From positions 186,992,001 to 187,056,000 of the forward strand of contig OX597815.1 in assembly GCA_951406725.2 (NCBI GenBank): a stretch of 64,000 nt of DNA. Reading direction: 5' to 3'. This document shows positions 38,393-52,850 of the stretch, in pieces (the stretch's first letter is position 1; every line of letters starts with the position of its first letter). The translations under genes and the position numbers were made by a program. The notes beneath the pieces were generated by a model, which was not told where the DNA came from, made no database searches, and was given only the letters and a program-made list of their open reading frames with translations. This stretch comes from Octopus vulgaris. Lineage: Eukaryota.

Positions 38393-39334
38393 CCCTTTCA
38401 TTACCATATTTCTGTTGAGATGCTCTGTGTTTCATTCAATTAATTTTAAATGTAACAAAGAATTTAGTAAAATAACTTAGTTATCATTAAGCTAGTGTTA
38501 CAAACATAAATTGTGACTAAGGTTTTGGTGGGAGATTTTAATTCAAAACTTATGAAAACGAGTTATTTGTACTAAAAAGCCTGAGGCAGTTTCAGGTGGG
38601 TTGGTATCAAAAGGGTTAAATTAATCATTTGTTAACATTTTTGCTACCATATTTCTGTTGAGATGCTCTGTGTTTCTTTCAATTAATTTTAAATGTAACA
38701 AAGAATTTAGTAAAATAACTTGGCTATCATTAAGCTAGTGTTGGGAACATAAATTGTGACTAAGGTTTTGGTGGAAGATTTTAATTCAAAACTTATGAAA
38801 ACAAGTTATTTGTACTACAGAGCCAGAGGCAGTTTCAGACAGGTTGGTATCGAAAGGGTTAAATTAATCATTTGTTAACCCTTTTGCTACCATATTTCTG
38901 TTGAGATAATCTGTGTTTCATTCAATTAATTTTAAATATAACAAAGAATTTAGTAAAATAACTTGGTACCAAAAGGGTTAAATGCTAAAGTGTTAATCTC
39001 TCAACCTGCACAAATACACTTCCTTCAGTGCTTCTCCATCTCCCAGCTGAGGGCTTTTTGTCTTGCAATTTACTTGGTGCCACATACAAAGTACCAGTGC
39101 TAATGCCACATACAGAGCACCCAATGCACTCTTTAACCATTTTGTTACCATATTTCTGTTGAGATACTCTGTGTTTCTTTCAATTACTTTAAATATAACA
39201 AAATATTTAGTAAAATAACTTAGTTATCATTAAACTAGTGTTAGGAACATAAATTTTGACTAAGGCTTGGTGGAAGATTTTAATTTGTACTACAGGGCCA
39301 GAGGCAGTTTCAGGTGGGTTTGGTATCAAAAGTG
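38393..39334. mobile_element. array of four TTAA-flanked piggyBac-like MITEs (second family)
   Basis: Copies 38393-38615, 38636-38858, 38879-38977 (internally deleted) and 39137-39334; TIR cccttt..tacca / tggta..aaaggg. Confidence 0.88.
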
Positions 39335-39719
39335 TTAAAGAGTGTACTGGATGCCTCTTGCATGGCACCAGCATTGGTGAATGACTTTGAGAATAGTTTT
39401 TATTTGATAAAGTATTTAAGACAAACATAAAAATGTAAAACATACTTTTAAATGGTGAATTTCTTTTTTTTTTTTTTATGTATCCTGACACAAAGGAGAA
39501 CAGAAGAATTAAACCAAGTTGAGAGAGTATGCCACATAACGACCTCTTGGCTGGTAGTAATGTATTATACCCTTCCGGCTTGTACCCTGTTGCCAATATT
39601 ACAGTGTATCCAAGTTGAATCTCCTTAACATATTTGATGGCATATAAAACATTTTTTCCTCAAAAAATATAGTCTTAAAAAAAATCCCCCTGAGTCCTAA
39701 ATGCAGAGACAGGCCTATA

Positions 39720-39925
39720 TTGGTTTCAAATTTTGGCACAAGACCAGCAATTTCAGGGGAGGGGGTAAATTGATTATATTAACCCTGGTGCTCAACTGGT
39801 ACTTATTTTAATGACCCCAAAAGGATGAAAGGTAAAGATGACCTCAGCAGTATTTGAACTCAGAATGTAAAGACAGACAAAATGCCACTAAGTATCTTGC
39901 CCAGCATGCAAACATTACTGCCAGT
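39720..39925 (-). mobile_element. SINE family B
   Basis: Core motif. Confidence 0.8.
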
Positions 39926-40285
39926 TTTTTTTGGTCTTTTTTTCAGTTAGGCCTATATTACCTTTTATTTAGGCCTATATTACCTTTTATTCCTGAACAC
40001 ATGCTGCTGAAATTGGGGTGCATCTGTTATGCTCGTGTGTCTTTTCTGCTATCAAGTATGCTACTTTTAATAAGTAGTACAGATTAGTTGTTCAGCCACA
40101 GGTCAACAATGATTGAACAGACCATTTCAGTCATGACCATCCTGTCTTTTTAGAGGTACATAGGACCATATTATCTAATGTCTCTTTGCGATTTGAGACT
40201 TAGCTGTTATTTCTAGTAGGATGAGCAACCAATGTATCTAGCCATAGTAACAAGCAGTGGCAGTAACAACAGTGTTAAATACACC

Positions 40286-40323
<38 letters not shown>

Positions 40324-40324
<1 letters not shown>

Positions 40325-40525
40325 CCTTTCTACTAAAGGCACAAGGCCTGAAATTTGGAGGAAGGAACCAGTCAATTGCTCAACCCCAGTGTTTCACTGG
40401 TACTTAATTTATTAACCCTGAAGGGATGAAAGACAAAGTCAACCTCCATGGAATTTGAATTCTGAACATAGCGATGAGCGAAATAGCGCTAAAAATTCCA
40501 TCCAGCATGCCAGATTCTGCCAGTT
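40324..40525 (-). mobile_element. SINE family B with (AAT)n tract
   Basis: Core motif; (AAT)n 40287-40324. Confidence 0.8.
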
Positions 40526-40756
40526 GGAGGAAGAAGTAGAGGAGGAGGAAGAGAAATGAGAAGAGAAGAAGAGGAGAAGAGGAGGGGGAAGAGGAAGAAG
40601 AGGAAGAAGAGGAGAAAAAGAGGAAGAAGAGGAAGAGGAGAGGAAGAAGAAGAAGAAGAAGAAGAAGAAGAAGAAGAAGAAGAGGAAGAGGAGGAAGAGG
40701 AGGAAGAAGAAGAAGAAGAAGAAGAAGAAGAAGAAGAAGAAGAAGAAGAAGAAGAA
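40526..40756. repeat. (GAA)/(GAG) polypurine microsatellite
   Basis: Direct reading. Confidence 0.95.
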
Positions 40757-41659
40757 AATGGTGATAGTCCCCTAAATATTCACCTTTTTTTTATGACTAA
40801 GGATTTTTTGAAGTAAAGTGAATATTTTAGTTTCCTCTGTAACAAAAATACTTTCCAAGGGTTATTATCCTAACCTTTATTCTGTAACCCAGCAGTGAGA
40901 TAAAAACACATTGATGAAAATTTTGGCTGCTTTCAGAAACTGAACCACAACTGAAATGAATGCCTAACATAAGATAATGCCCTGTGCAGAGTTTTGAGAT
41001 TAACTCATATGAAAAATAAAAAGAGTTTTATCCATATTGAAGCATTTTCATATTTCCATTCAAAACTAACCGTTTCCTATTCCAAATATAAATCATAAAA
41101 TTGTGTAGCCTATGGCTTCTTGCAACTCTAGTACCAATTCTGGGTTATGAATGTTGTAAAAATAGTAAGCTTTATTGAAATGAAAGGAAATATGCCAATT
41201 TTGTATGTAAAATGTAATGAAATAGAATAGTTTAGATAGCCTTAAGCTGACAAAGTTGATTGCTCTTTGACCATTCAAAATGATTCTATTTTGATAGCTT
41301 TCATTCTTGACTCAGTTTCAAAATGCTATTCTGAAAACATCTTTCCTCAAGAAATCTTGAGAATTTCCTCATAATTTTGTCTTTTGTTCTACATTTATAA
41401 ACATAGTGAAAATGGTAAACTTGCTGGCATTTCTAATATAGAAAATATCTGCTGCTTCTGAAAGCTAAACGATGATTTCGACGCGTAAATCACTTTTGTA
41501 AACCTTCTCCAGAATAATAAGACATTCATAGTTCTTTACTTAAATGGTACAAACAGAAAAAAAAACAAAAAAACAATTCATCTTAATAATAAAAAAAAAA
41601 AAGCCCAAATATTTTTCTGCTTTCTAAATAAAAATAAACTTATTTATCTTTCATCATTT

Positions 41660-42467
41660 ATCTTTTACTTGTCTCAGTCATTAGACTGTGGCCATACTGG
41701 GGCATTGTCTTACTCTTTTACTTGTTTCAGTAATGTAACTGTGGCCATGCGGGAGCACCGTTTTCAGTCGAGCAAATCGACCCCAGGACTTATTCTTTGC
41801 AAGCCTAGTACTTATTCTATCGGTCTGTTTTGCCGAACCGCTAAGTGACGGGGGTCGTAAACACCAGCATCAGTTCTCAAGCAATGTTGGGGGGGGGGGC
41901 AAACACAGACACACAAACGTACACACACACACATATACATATATACGATGGGTTTCTTTCAGTTTCCGTCTACCAAATCCACTCACAAGGCATTGGTCGG
42001 CCCGGGGCTATAGCAGAAGACACTTGCCCAAGATGCTACGCAGTGGGACTGAACCTAGAACCATGTGGTTCATAAGCAAGCTACTTACCACACAGCCACT
42101 CCTACGCCTATAAGAAGAATTTTCAACAAATGAATCAACCCCCGATATTTATTTTTAAACCAGGTACTTATTCTGTCAGTCTTTTTTGCCAAACTGCTAA
42201 GTTACAGAGAGGTAGGCACACCAGCACCAATCGTGAAGCAGTGGAGTGGGGGGGAGATCAAAAACAGACACAAAGATACACACAGATACGTATACATATA
42301 TACTATGAGCTTCTTTCAGTTTCTGTGTACCGATTTCCACTCGCAAAGCTTTGGTTGGTGCAAGGCTACAGCAAACGACACTTGCCCAAGATACCATGCA
42401 GTGGGACTGAACCTGGTACCATGTGATTGGTAAGCAAACTTCTTACCGCACATCCACACCTGCACCT
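41660..42467 (-). mobile_element. young SINE A (41711-42109) nested in an older SINE A
   Basis: Old tail 41660-41710 resumes at ~42110 and ends in a head at ~42467. Confidence 0.85.
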
Positions 42468-42539
42468 ATTTGATTAAATTTTAATCATTACAGAAAGGAA
42501 ACCTTATTTTTATTTATTTATTTTCAAAAAACTGTACCA

Positions 42540-43095
42540 AGACTTTTGGAAATATGCTGTGCTTGAGAAGACCCAGCAAGCCAACTGAGACCATAACCTC
42601 GTGGCCTATGCCAGTGGTGTAACCAGCCCACTTATGCGTACCTTTCCTTCCTTGGACACTAAACTCTGCTTGCGAAGACCTGTTGAGGCAAGTGAAATCG
42701 AAATCAAATTCGATGACTGGCATCCGTGCTAGTGGGGCCCTAAGAGCACCATTCAAGCGTGATCATTGCCAGAGCGGCTAACTGGCTTCCATGCCAGTGG
42801 CATGTAAAAGGCACCATTTGAGCGTGATCGTTACCAGCGTCACCTTACTGGCACTTGTGCCGGTGCTACGTGAAAAAACATTCGAACGAGATCATTGCCA
42901 TTACCGCCTGACTGGCACGTAAAAGCACCCACTACACTCTCGGAGTGTTTGGCGTTAGGAAGGGCATCCAGCTTTAGAAACTCTACTAAATCAAGATTGG
43001 AGCCTGGTGCAGCCATCTGGTTCGCCAGTCCTCAGTCAAATCGTCCAAGCCATGCAAGCATGGAAAGCAGACGTTAAACAATGATGATGATGATG
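42540..43095 (+). mobile_element. RTE LINE 3' fragment (ORF end plus family C tail)
   Basis: WKYAVLEKT matches the ORF end at 25405-25430; continues into C units and (GAT)n. Confidence 0.85.
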
Positions 43096-44060
43096 TACAG
43101 ATAACACAAAGGTATACTTTTACCAGTTTAAGATTCAAATTTAGCTTTTCAGATCTAGGACTGGTATGAAAAGCAGCAGTAAATTAATGCCAAGTGGTTG
43201 TATTGACAAAAAAATAACCATAGTTTTTATTATTTTCATCTCCAGTATGAATAAAATAGGAGGGAAGAAGTGTCAGCATTTACAAGTTTATCTGATAGGG
43301 AAATTCATATTTATCAGTCTTATTTTATCATTGCTCCACATTCTGATGACCTGAAATCTATATTGACATAACTAAATAATAAACTACACAAAAGAAAAAA
43401 TTACTGCAAAAGGAGGGGGAAAAAAACAAAATCTAAAGGTCAATGTAATTGAGAGCAGAGAAAAAGAAGAGTAGAAAAAAATCGTGATAATAGGAGGAGA
43501 AATAGCAGTAATAAAACTGAAATGTCAGGTATGAATAACAGATTGAAACTTCAAGAAACCACTCTTTGAAGAAACTTCAAAGATTTTGAAATATCTGTCT
43601 GAACGTATTTTGCTGATGGAAAGGCAAAAGTAATCAGAACGAGGGGAAGGAAAAAAAAAATAGATTTTACTACTGAAAGTGGTGGTGAATATATATCTAG
43701 AATTATCAACTGGAATCTTGAAAAATCTCCTTTCAAATAATCAATAATTTTTATGTTCCCATGCCAAATCTAATATTGTAATATCGGTTATTTATCTATA
43801 TTCGTTTATGTTTGGTGTCAAATGCACTGAGTAAAGCTGATTGTCAGTATAAGTAAAAACCGAAAATCTACTTTCTATAAAAGGAATAAAGAAAAAAATA
43901 ATAAAAAATAATAAAGAAAAAAAAGGAAGCAAAAATTCATTTGTGATAAATTCAATATTTTCACTTGTCACGAAGTAAATTTAGATCAATATTTATCACC
44001 AATTATTTATTTTTCTATTTGTTTTTCAGTTGGGTTTCTGATGCAAAATCATTTAATAAT

Positions 44061-44113
<53 letters not shown>

Positions 44114-44324
44114 GGCTAAAAGAATTAATTATCAATGACATTTGTTAATATATGCGTTAAATAGATTTTACGAGACAAAAAAAATAGTAGATGCAATCAT
44201 ATTAAACCTTTTACAAATTGCCTATCTCACAAGTGTATTATTGGCTTGTTAGTGAGAATAAAATTTTTTTAAATAAAAAGCAATTTACTTTTCCACAAGA
44301 AACAATTATCATCATTATACATAA

Positions 44325-44820
44325 GCAGATAGATAGATAGAGAGACAGAGAGAGTGAGTGAGTGAGTGAGTGAGTTAATGAGAGAGTGAGAGAGTGAGAG
44401 TGAGTGAGTGAGTGAGAGAGAGTGAGTGAGTGAGTGAGAGAGAGAGAGAGTGAGTGAGTGAGTGAGAAAGTGAGAGAGTGAGAGAGTGAGTGAGTGAGTG
44501 AGTGAGTGAGTGAGAGAGTGAGTGAGAGTGAGTGAGAGTGAGAGAGAGAGACGTAAATAGATAGGCAGGTAGATAGATAGGCAGGTAGATAGATAGGCAG
44601 GTAGATAGATAGGCAGGTAGATAGATAGGCAGATAGATAGATAGATAGGCAGATAGATAGGTAGGCAGATAGATAGATAGGCAGATAGGTAGATAGATAG
44701 ATAGGTAAATAGGAAGGTAGATAGATAGATAGGTAGATAGGAAGGTAGATAGACAGGTATAGATACACACACAATACACGCACATGGACATGTGTGTGCG
44801 TGTTTGTGTGTGTGTGTGTG
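44325..44820. repeat. compound (GAGT)/(GATA)/(GGCA)/(TG) microsatellite
   Basis: Direct reading. Confidence 0.95.
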
Positions 44821-44830
44821 CACGTGCGCA

Positions 44831-44975
44831 TATGAGATCTGATCAAAAAGTATCAGGACCGTCGCTGTGATAACAAAGCTAGATAAAGCAGAGTGGAGCC
44901 ACTTGGCAACATTGACCTTCAACTCTCTCATTCATTTCTCCCGTTTATAGCCATGCTTGGAGGCAGATGTGTAAA
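44831..44975 (+). mobile_element. mariner-like terminal fragment
   Basis: ta(t)gagatctgatcaaaaagtatc resembles mariner TIRs. Confidence 0.45.
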
Positions 44976-45165
44976 GTGTAATCATCTCAAAACAAAAAAA
45001 AAGAAAAAGATCACATTTCAGCTACACAGAAATTCCATGGTTACATTGAGGAAGACAGAAGCTTTTAGGAAATGGTCACAAGTGACAAATTGTGGGTCTG
45101 TAGCTCTGACCCTGAAATGAAGGCTCAGTTTTCACAGTAAAAAACCCCACTCTAAAGTTATATTT

Positions 45166-45870
45166 TGGCTGTGTGGTAAGAAGCTTGCTTCCCAACCACA
45201 TGGTTCAAGGTTCAGCCCCACTGCATGGCACCTTGAGCAAGTTGCTTCTATAAACTTGAGCCAACCAAAGGATTATGAGTGTATTTGGTAGACAGAAACA
45301 GAAAGAAGCTCATCGCATACATATTGATCACTTTTGACAAGCAACAAAATCGAGGTGTTTCAAATGGAAGACCTTAGCTAAATGAATCTTCAATATCCAT
45401 AGGATACTGAAGTGCAATTCCAAGTGGAATTGGTTGGAGATAGAATTGTTGCTTTATGATATAAATTACAATGCAAGATTAAAAGACTGTGTGGTAAGAA
45501 GTTTGCTTCTGGGTTCAGTCCCACTGCATGACACCTTAGGCAAGTATTTTCTACTATAGCCACAGGCTGACTAAGGCTTTGTGAGAGGATTTAGTACACA
45601 AAAATGGATAGAGAAGCCCATCGTCTGTGTGTGTGTGTGTGTATGCATGTGTGTGTGTCTGCGTTTGTCCCCTACCACCATTTGGCAACCGGTGTTGGTG
45701 TGTTTTCCTCCCCATAACTTAGTAGTTCAGCACAAGAGACTGATAGAATAACTACCAGGCTTAACAAAAAATGTACTGGGGTTGATTCATTCAACTAAAA
45801 ATTCTTCAAGGTGGCACCCCAGCATGGCATGCCACCGTGCCCCAGCATGGCCGCGGCCTTCAGGCTAAAA
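45166..45870 (+). mobile_element. two old SINE A copies (45166-45315, 45485-45870)
   Basis: Diverged matches. Confidence 0.8.
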
Positions 45871-46722
45871 CATTTTTAAGGATTTATATATATACGCACA
45901 TATATGTGTGTATTTATATATATATATGTGTGCGTATATATATATATGTGTGTGTGTGTGCATATGTAAATATGCGTGTGTGTGTGGGTATATATATATA
46001 TGTGTGTGTGTGTATATATATATATACACACACCGTTTGATTCGATCCTTATCTGCATATGTATAGATCATAGTGTACCTATGCACGTAGACACATCTGG
46101 GTACATACATACATACATACATAAATACATAGATGTGCATGTGTGCATGTGTACACAAGGATGGATTCAAGGGTTTTATTTATTTATGAGTTTCAGAGTA
46201 TAGACACCTATAATGGTGATACTTAAAAAAGAAATTAAAATTTTTTCAAAAAATCCAACTTACAAATTTCTTGATAAGCAAGTTTGTCATATTATTTATC
46301 CTACAATGAACTACAATACATTTGATTTGCCTGCCATCATTGAAAGATGTTGAAAACACTTCTCAAATCCTATGCAATATTTTCTATAAGTATTTCCTTT
46401 TGTTTACTTTCTTTTTCATAATCATGATTATTATTTGAATAATAATTTATTTAGTAATATGCAAATTTTACTCATTGATGAAGTCTACTTTTAGCTGTCA
46501 TCTACTTAGGCTTCTAATCCTCTTTTAGTCAAACACAAAGCTTAATTCAGTTCAATTAAAAAACATAGGTAGACAACGTATTGTAATCCACACTATAATT
46601 TATGAAAAAATTCATCTGCTCACAGGATAAGCATCTCTGCTCTGAAGCCTTTTTCTTTCATTGTGATTAGTGATAAAAGCAGGCTCATTTTTAGTTTTTT
46701 ATAAATTTACATATATACATGG

Positions 46723-47098
46723 ACACAGGAGTGGCTATGTGGTAAGAAGCTTGCTTCCTAACCACATGGTTCCAGGTTCAGTCCCACTGCATAGCACCTT
46801 GAGCAAATGTCTTCTACTATAGCCTCAGACTGACCAAAGCCTTGTGAGTGGATTTGGTAGATGGAAACTGAAAGAAGCCCATTGTATATACGTATATATA
46901 TATATGTATGTATTTGTTATTTGTGTCTGTGTTTGTACTCCCACCATCACTTGACAACCAATGCTGGTGTGTTTATGTCTCCGTAACTTAGCGGTTCAGC
47001 AAAAGAGACCAATAGAATAAGTACTAGGCTTACAAATAATAAGTCCTGAGGTCAATTTGTTCGGGCCACAGTCAAATAACTAAAAGAATAAAAGAATA
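46723..47098 (+). mobile_element. SINE family A
   Basis: Match to other A copies. Confidence 0.88.
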
Positions 47099-47743
47099 TA
47101 CAAGTGGGACCCATGGAAATTCCACAGAACAAAAAATATTAACATTATTTACATTATTTACATAATTCCTCATCTCTGAAAAAATAATAAGAGAATCTAT
47201 TTAAGAAAGAAAGAATAATTTGCATTTTCATTTTGCTCAGTTATTTTACTACCAGACACAATAATATATTATACAATTTTAAAATTTCCTTCTGCTAAGT
47301 GCTTTACATTTCTCTCTTTCTCTCTATCTCTTCAACGATCTTTTTAACCATGCAATTCCCCTCTTCATGTCTTTAACATTTCTCTCTTTCTCTTCACCTC
47401 TCACTTCCACTAATCATATGAATGACAGCATAATGCATCAGCTGGTTATCTGATCTCTCACTCGCTCTCACATTCTCTCTTCTTCTTTCTCGCTCCACCA
47501 TCTCCTCCTGTCTAACAAACTAAAGTGTAAAATCGGAACAAACAGGTAGAAAAATGATATTAAAGAATTAGTTCAATAAAAAAGACTTTTCACTATCAAC
47601 ACACTATCACCACCACCACCATCATCATCACAACAGTTTTCAGTATCAAAGCTCATTTCATTTCAGTTAGTTCAGCTGTTTGTTTATATCTACTTTTTCT
47701 TGTTGTTGATGTATCTCTACTCTCACAATACAAATGCTATCTG

Positions 47744-47810
<67 letters not shown>

Positions 47811-48140
47811 GTCACAACCTCCGCTGTCCATCTATCTCTATCTGCCTTTCTTTAACCTTACCACCAGAACATCACCCTCTGTTAAATATTGTATCCTAAA
47901 CATATCTCTTTCTCTTTACCTTTCCATCCCCACCCTACTACTTCTCTCTCTCTCTCTCTCTCTGTTCTCTCAACATCATTTTCTCTCACTTTTCGCCTCT
48001 CCCTTCAACTAAACACATGATGCATTTGGCCTTAGTCTATTATTATACTCCTCTCTTCTTTCTTCTCTACTCACATTCCCCTACCTCTCTCTCACTTTTA
48101 CTCCGCCTCCACAACTAACTAAAGTATAACAGGCAAAAGA

Positions 48141-48320
48141 ACATACATATACACATACACACACACACACACATACACACACACACACATATACACACAC
48201 ATATACACACACATACATACATACACACATATACACACACACATATACACACATACATACACACATATACACACATACATACATACACACACACACATAC
48301 ATACATATATATATATATAT
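48141..48320. repeat. (CA)/(TA) microsatellite
   Basis: Direct reading. Confidence 0.95.
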
Positions 48321-49262
48321 GAATAAAGAATGACAGACTTTGTAGAATACAGGACTAAATATCCGGTAGTATTTGGTTGTATTCTTTTACATTCTGAACT
48401 GAAATCCTACTCCCCTCAACTTTGCCTTTCTTCTTACTAAGCTCATAAAATAAAGTAATCAATGATGCACTAGCGTCCCAGCATGGTCGCAATCAAATGA
48501 CTGAAACCAATAAAATAACAAAAGAACACAAGATGTACGTCTATTGTTTAGTCTGTAATTTATACTTTAAACATTCGAGAACCGAGGAATATGACTATGG
48601 TAAACAATTTTTTTTGTCTCACCAGTGCTCAAGTTTGTTATTGATTTTGAAAAAAAAAAAAAAAAAAAAAATCAACACAAAACACAATAATATTTTGTAC
48701 TTATCTGTAATATAACCATATACAAGAATAAAGAATTTTGTGAAGATCAAAGCCAGGCATAGATGAAAGGTTGTTGTTATTATTGTTCCGGTTTTTATGT
48801 CTTCTCCTGGATATTGATCCGTTGATCATATATGATCACTCTGGCCTATACACAAACAAACCTCTAACAGGTAACCTATTATTTACTGTCAGTTTTTATT
48901 TTGGATGATCTAAAGCTATATGGCCCAGTTCAGTGCTTCATTGATTGGAGTTTTAAGATTAGATCACACACACACACAATGGGATTTGAACTCAGAATAA
49001 AGAGGGAGAAAAATTAAGTACAGCTACTCTACTGCTTTATAAATCATAACCATGGTTTCAATCTTTGCAGAAAGCTTGAATTTATAAGTGAGAAATGTGT
49101 CTGATTAAACTGCTTTTCTAGCACTTGACTGATAGTTATTTTATCAATATTTACCTCAGAAGGAGTAAAAAAAAAGCAAAGCCTGGTATGGTTTGAACTC
49201 AGAACATAAAAACAGGCAAGCATTTTGTGTAGCAGTCAAACGATTCTGCCAGCTAACAGCCT

Positions 49263-49535
49263 TAATAACAACAACAACAATAATAATAAAATACTAATAA
49301 TAATAATGATAATAATAATAGTAATGATAATAATAATAGTAATAATAATAATAATAATAGTAATAATAGTAATAATAATAATGATAATAATAATGATGAT
49401 AATAATAATAATAATGATAATAATAATGATGATAATAATGATGATAATAATGATAATAATAATCATCATCGTTTAACATCCGTTTTCCGCGCTAGCACTA
49501 ATGATAATAATGATGATAATAATGATAATAATAAT
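49263..49535. repeat. (AAT)/(GAT) microsatellite
   Basis: Direct reading. Confidence 0.95.
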
Positions 49536-49537
49536 AA

Positions 49538-50160
49538 TTTTTTCTACTATAGACACAAGGCCTGAAATTTTTCAGGAGGGGAGTAGTCGATTACATCAAC
49601 CCCAGTGTTTCTCTGGTACTTAATTTATCGACCCCAAAAGGAGGAAAGGCAAAATCGACTTCAGTGAAATTTGAACTCAGAACGCAGCGACAGGAGAAAC
49701 ACTGCTAAGCAATATTAATCCTTTCTACTATAGGCAGAAGGCTTGAAATTTTGGGTGAAGGGGGACAGTCAATTACATCAACCCCAGTGTGTAACTGTTA
49801 CTTATTACATCAACCTCGAAAGGACGAAAGACAAAGTCGACCTCAGTGGAATTTGAACTCAGAATGTAAGGACAGACAAAATGTTGCTAAGCATTTCAGC
49901 CAGTGTGCTAACGATTCTGCCAGCTCACCACCTTAATAATAATAATAATAACAATCCTTTATACTATAGGCACAAGGCCTGAAATTTTGGCAGGAGCTGT
50001 AGAGTTGATTACTCAACTGGTATTTATTTTTCCGAGCCCTGAAGGGATGAAAGGCAAAGCCCACCTTCGGCGGAATTTAAACTCAGAACATGAAAACAAA
50101 CAAAATACTGCTAAGCCTTTTGCCACCTGCTGTGCTAACGATTCTGCCAGCGTGCAACCT
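49538..50160 (-). mobile_element. three adjacent SINE B copies with AAT-rich junctions
   Basis: Three cores, each starting (plus strand) with ttt(c/a)tactatag. Confidence 0.85.
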
Positions 50161-50192
<32 letters not shown>

Positions 50193-50684
50193 TAATAATA
50201 ATAATACTATGAACTCAAAGCAATGTTATAAATTATCAAATTCACACCAAGATGTCAATAGGTAGTGTTACTAATGTATATATAATGCACATGTTGACCT
50301 TTCATATATTTTTCAACCATGCATTAAAAACATCGCATACAAAACATTAAAACGGTATGATATTCAGAAATCATAATGGAATAATTGTGTAAATGTGATT
50401 TTCATGTTGAAAAGTATTTCAATAATTCTTAATAGTTTGAGCAATAAGTTTCCTTTTTGCTGACTTTGGTTGGGGAAAAGTTCATGACGTCAATAAAGAG
50501 TAACCAAATAAGAAAAAAAAAAAATGATGTACATGGTAAAAAAAAAATATACAACTGAGAATTTACAACTTTGCCTTTCTCTCTCTCTCTCCCACTCTCT
50601 CTGTCTACCTGTCACTACACACACACACCAGTACACTACACCACTACTCCCACAATGCCACTAATATATATATATATATAAGAT

Positions 50685-50785
50685 GCCACTGCGTGGCATC
50701 TTGGGCAGGTGTCTTCTACTATAGCCCCGGGCCGACCAATGCCTTGTGAGCAGATTTGGTAGATGGAAACTGAAAGAAGCCTGTC

Positions 50786-50821
<36 letters not shown>

Positions 50822-51035
50822 GTTTGTGTGTCTGTGTTTGTCACCCTAGCATTGCTTGACAACCGATGCTGGTGTGCTTACGTCCCCGTAACTTAGCAGT
50901 TCGGCGAAAGAGACCGATAGAATAAGTACTAGGCTTACAAAGAATACGTCCTGGTGTCGATTTGCTCGACTAAAGGTGGTGCTCCAGCATGGCCACAGTC
51001 AAATGACTGAAACAAGTAAAAGAGTAAAAGAGAGT
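50685..51035 (+). mobile_element. SINE family A, 5'-truncated
   Basis: Match to other A copies. Confidence 0.9.
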
Positions 51036-51490
51036 AAGTGAGAGGTGTGGACTGTCACAATTATTATTATTATTATTATTGTCTCAATGAATTTTCTCTG
51101 TTTTATTACCATTCTATTTCTGGGAAAAATATATCTCTTTCAGAACGTTTCTCCAACTAATTGTCTGTGGTGGTGGTGGTGGTGGTGGTGGTGGTGGTGT
51201 GGAGGGGGGGGGGAGTAAAAGACCTTATGACTTTCCGCCTGTAATACTAGAACAAGTAAAAGGCACAGCTGGTGATAAATAGCCGGTGTGAGCTATTTTG
51301 ATTGATAGGACTACAAGGCTATCTTGCTGAGAAGAATATCATTTACTGTGACATTTCTTTCAGGAACATACATAATGATTGTTACTAGCTTAAACATTAC
51401 CTTACAGCAATGAAATAGAAATAACCTATTTTTCGATTTGTATATATAGCAATGAACATTTTGCAGATAGATGGATTGACTAACTACCAC

Positions 51491-51528
<38 letters not shown>

Positions 51529-52074
51529 GTATATAAACTGAATTTGCCTGGCTTACTTGCAAATTTAAAACCTGTCCATTTGTAATAGACAATGAAAGAA
51601 GAAAGAATAAATCATGAATGGCATAGCAAATAGACTACTTGTTCTCTTTATCAAATCTCTTATCTCATCTCTCTCTCTCTCTCTTTTTTTTTCTTTCTTT
51701 CTCTCTCTCTCTCTTCATCTCTGCTAGTTCCCTTCTTTCCCACACTCACTTACAGAAGCATGCATATTTATGTTCTTCTGCAATATGTGGCAGGGAAGTT
51801 TAATATAAACATTTACTGAACGAGAGAGCTGCATGGTATTAATATATAGTTGGGTGGAAAAAAAGAGAGAATTTACTGCAAGACAATAAGAGATAATTGT
51901 TTAGTCACAGTTGACTAGATAATAACAATAACAGCCATGATTATAATGTAAGGTTTAATAACCTCAGAAGACAACAGAATTAGAGAAAGAGTTAGAACAA
52001 GAGGAAGACAGAGAGAGAGAGAGAGAAAGATGGGGAGATTAATAGAAAGGAGGCAGAGAAAGATGAGGAGATAA

Positions 52075-52225
52075 AGAAAGAAGGAAGGAAGGAAAGATGG
52101 AAAGAAAGAAAGAAAGAAAGAAAGAAAAAAAGGAAGGAAGGAAGAAAGAAAGAAGGAAAGAAGGAAAGAAAGAAAGAAAGAAGGAAGGAAAGAAAGAAAG
52201 AAGGAAAGAAGGAAGGAAGGAAGGA

Positions 52226-52292
<67 letters not shown>

Positions 52293-52414
52293 GAAGGAAG
52301 GAAGATGGAAAGAAAGGAAAGAAAGAAAGAAGGAAGGAAAGAAGGAAGGAAAGAAGGAAAGAAGGAAAGAAAGAAGGAAACAAGGAAAGAAACAAGGAAA
52401 CAAGGAAACAAGGA

Positions 52415-52462
<48 letters not shown>

Positions 52463-52472
52463 AAAAAGAAAA

Positions 52473-52503
<31 letters not shown>

Positions 52504-52595
52504 GAAGAAGGAAAAAAGGAAAGAAAGAAAGAAGGAAAAAAGGAAAGAAGGAAGGAAAGAAAGATGGAAAGAAGGAAGGAAAGAAAGAAAGAAAG
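52075..52595. repeat. (GAAA)/(GGAA) polypurine microsatellite
   Basis: Direct reading. Confidence 0.96.
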
Positions 52596-52850
52596 AATAT
52601 ATATAATAACAGAAATTGAGAGAGGAAAGAACCTAGAGAGGAGAGGCAAGTCAAAAAATAGGTAAATGGTTTGTGCGAGAATTAATCTGGAGAGATTTGG
52701 TTGTTATTCTCCTTATACTAGAGAAGAAGATGGAAGCATTCATCATCTGTATAGTGTATCCAATCAATAGAACTGAAACTGCCTTAAAGCAGTTTCAGTA
52801 CTTCTCAGCTGTAAATTATTAAAATTATTTGAAGATGATGGATTTGCTAA

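Noticed and set aside
39207-39660. Minus frame containing YAIKYVKE (kinase subdomain II-like) and a 129-aa ORF
   Set aside because: No Gly-rich loop or following kinase motifs; the ORF runs through poly-A and a MITE.
40556-40816. Poly-E/K/R ORF, and likewise the 51915-52654, 27030-27677 and 44238-44931 ORFs
   Set aside because: Purine/pyrimidine microsatellite translations.
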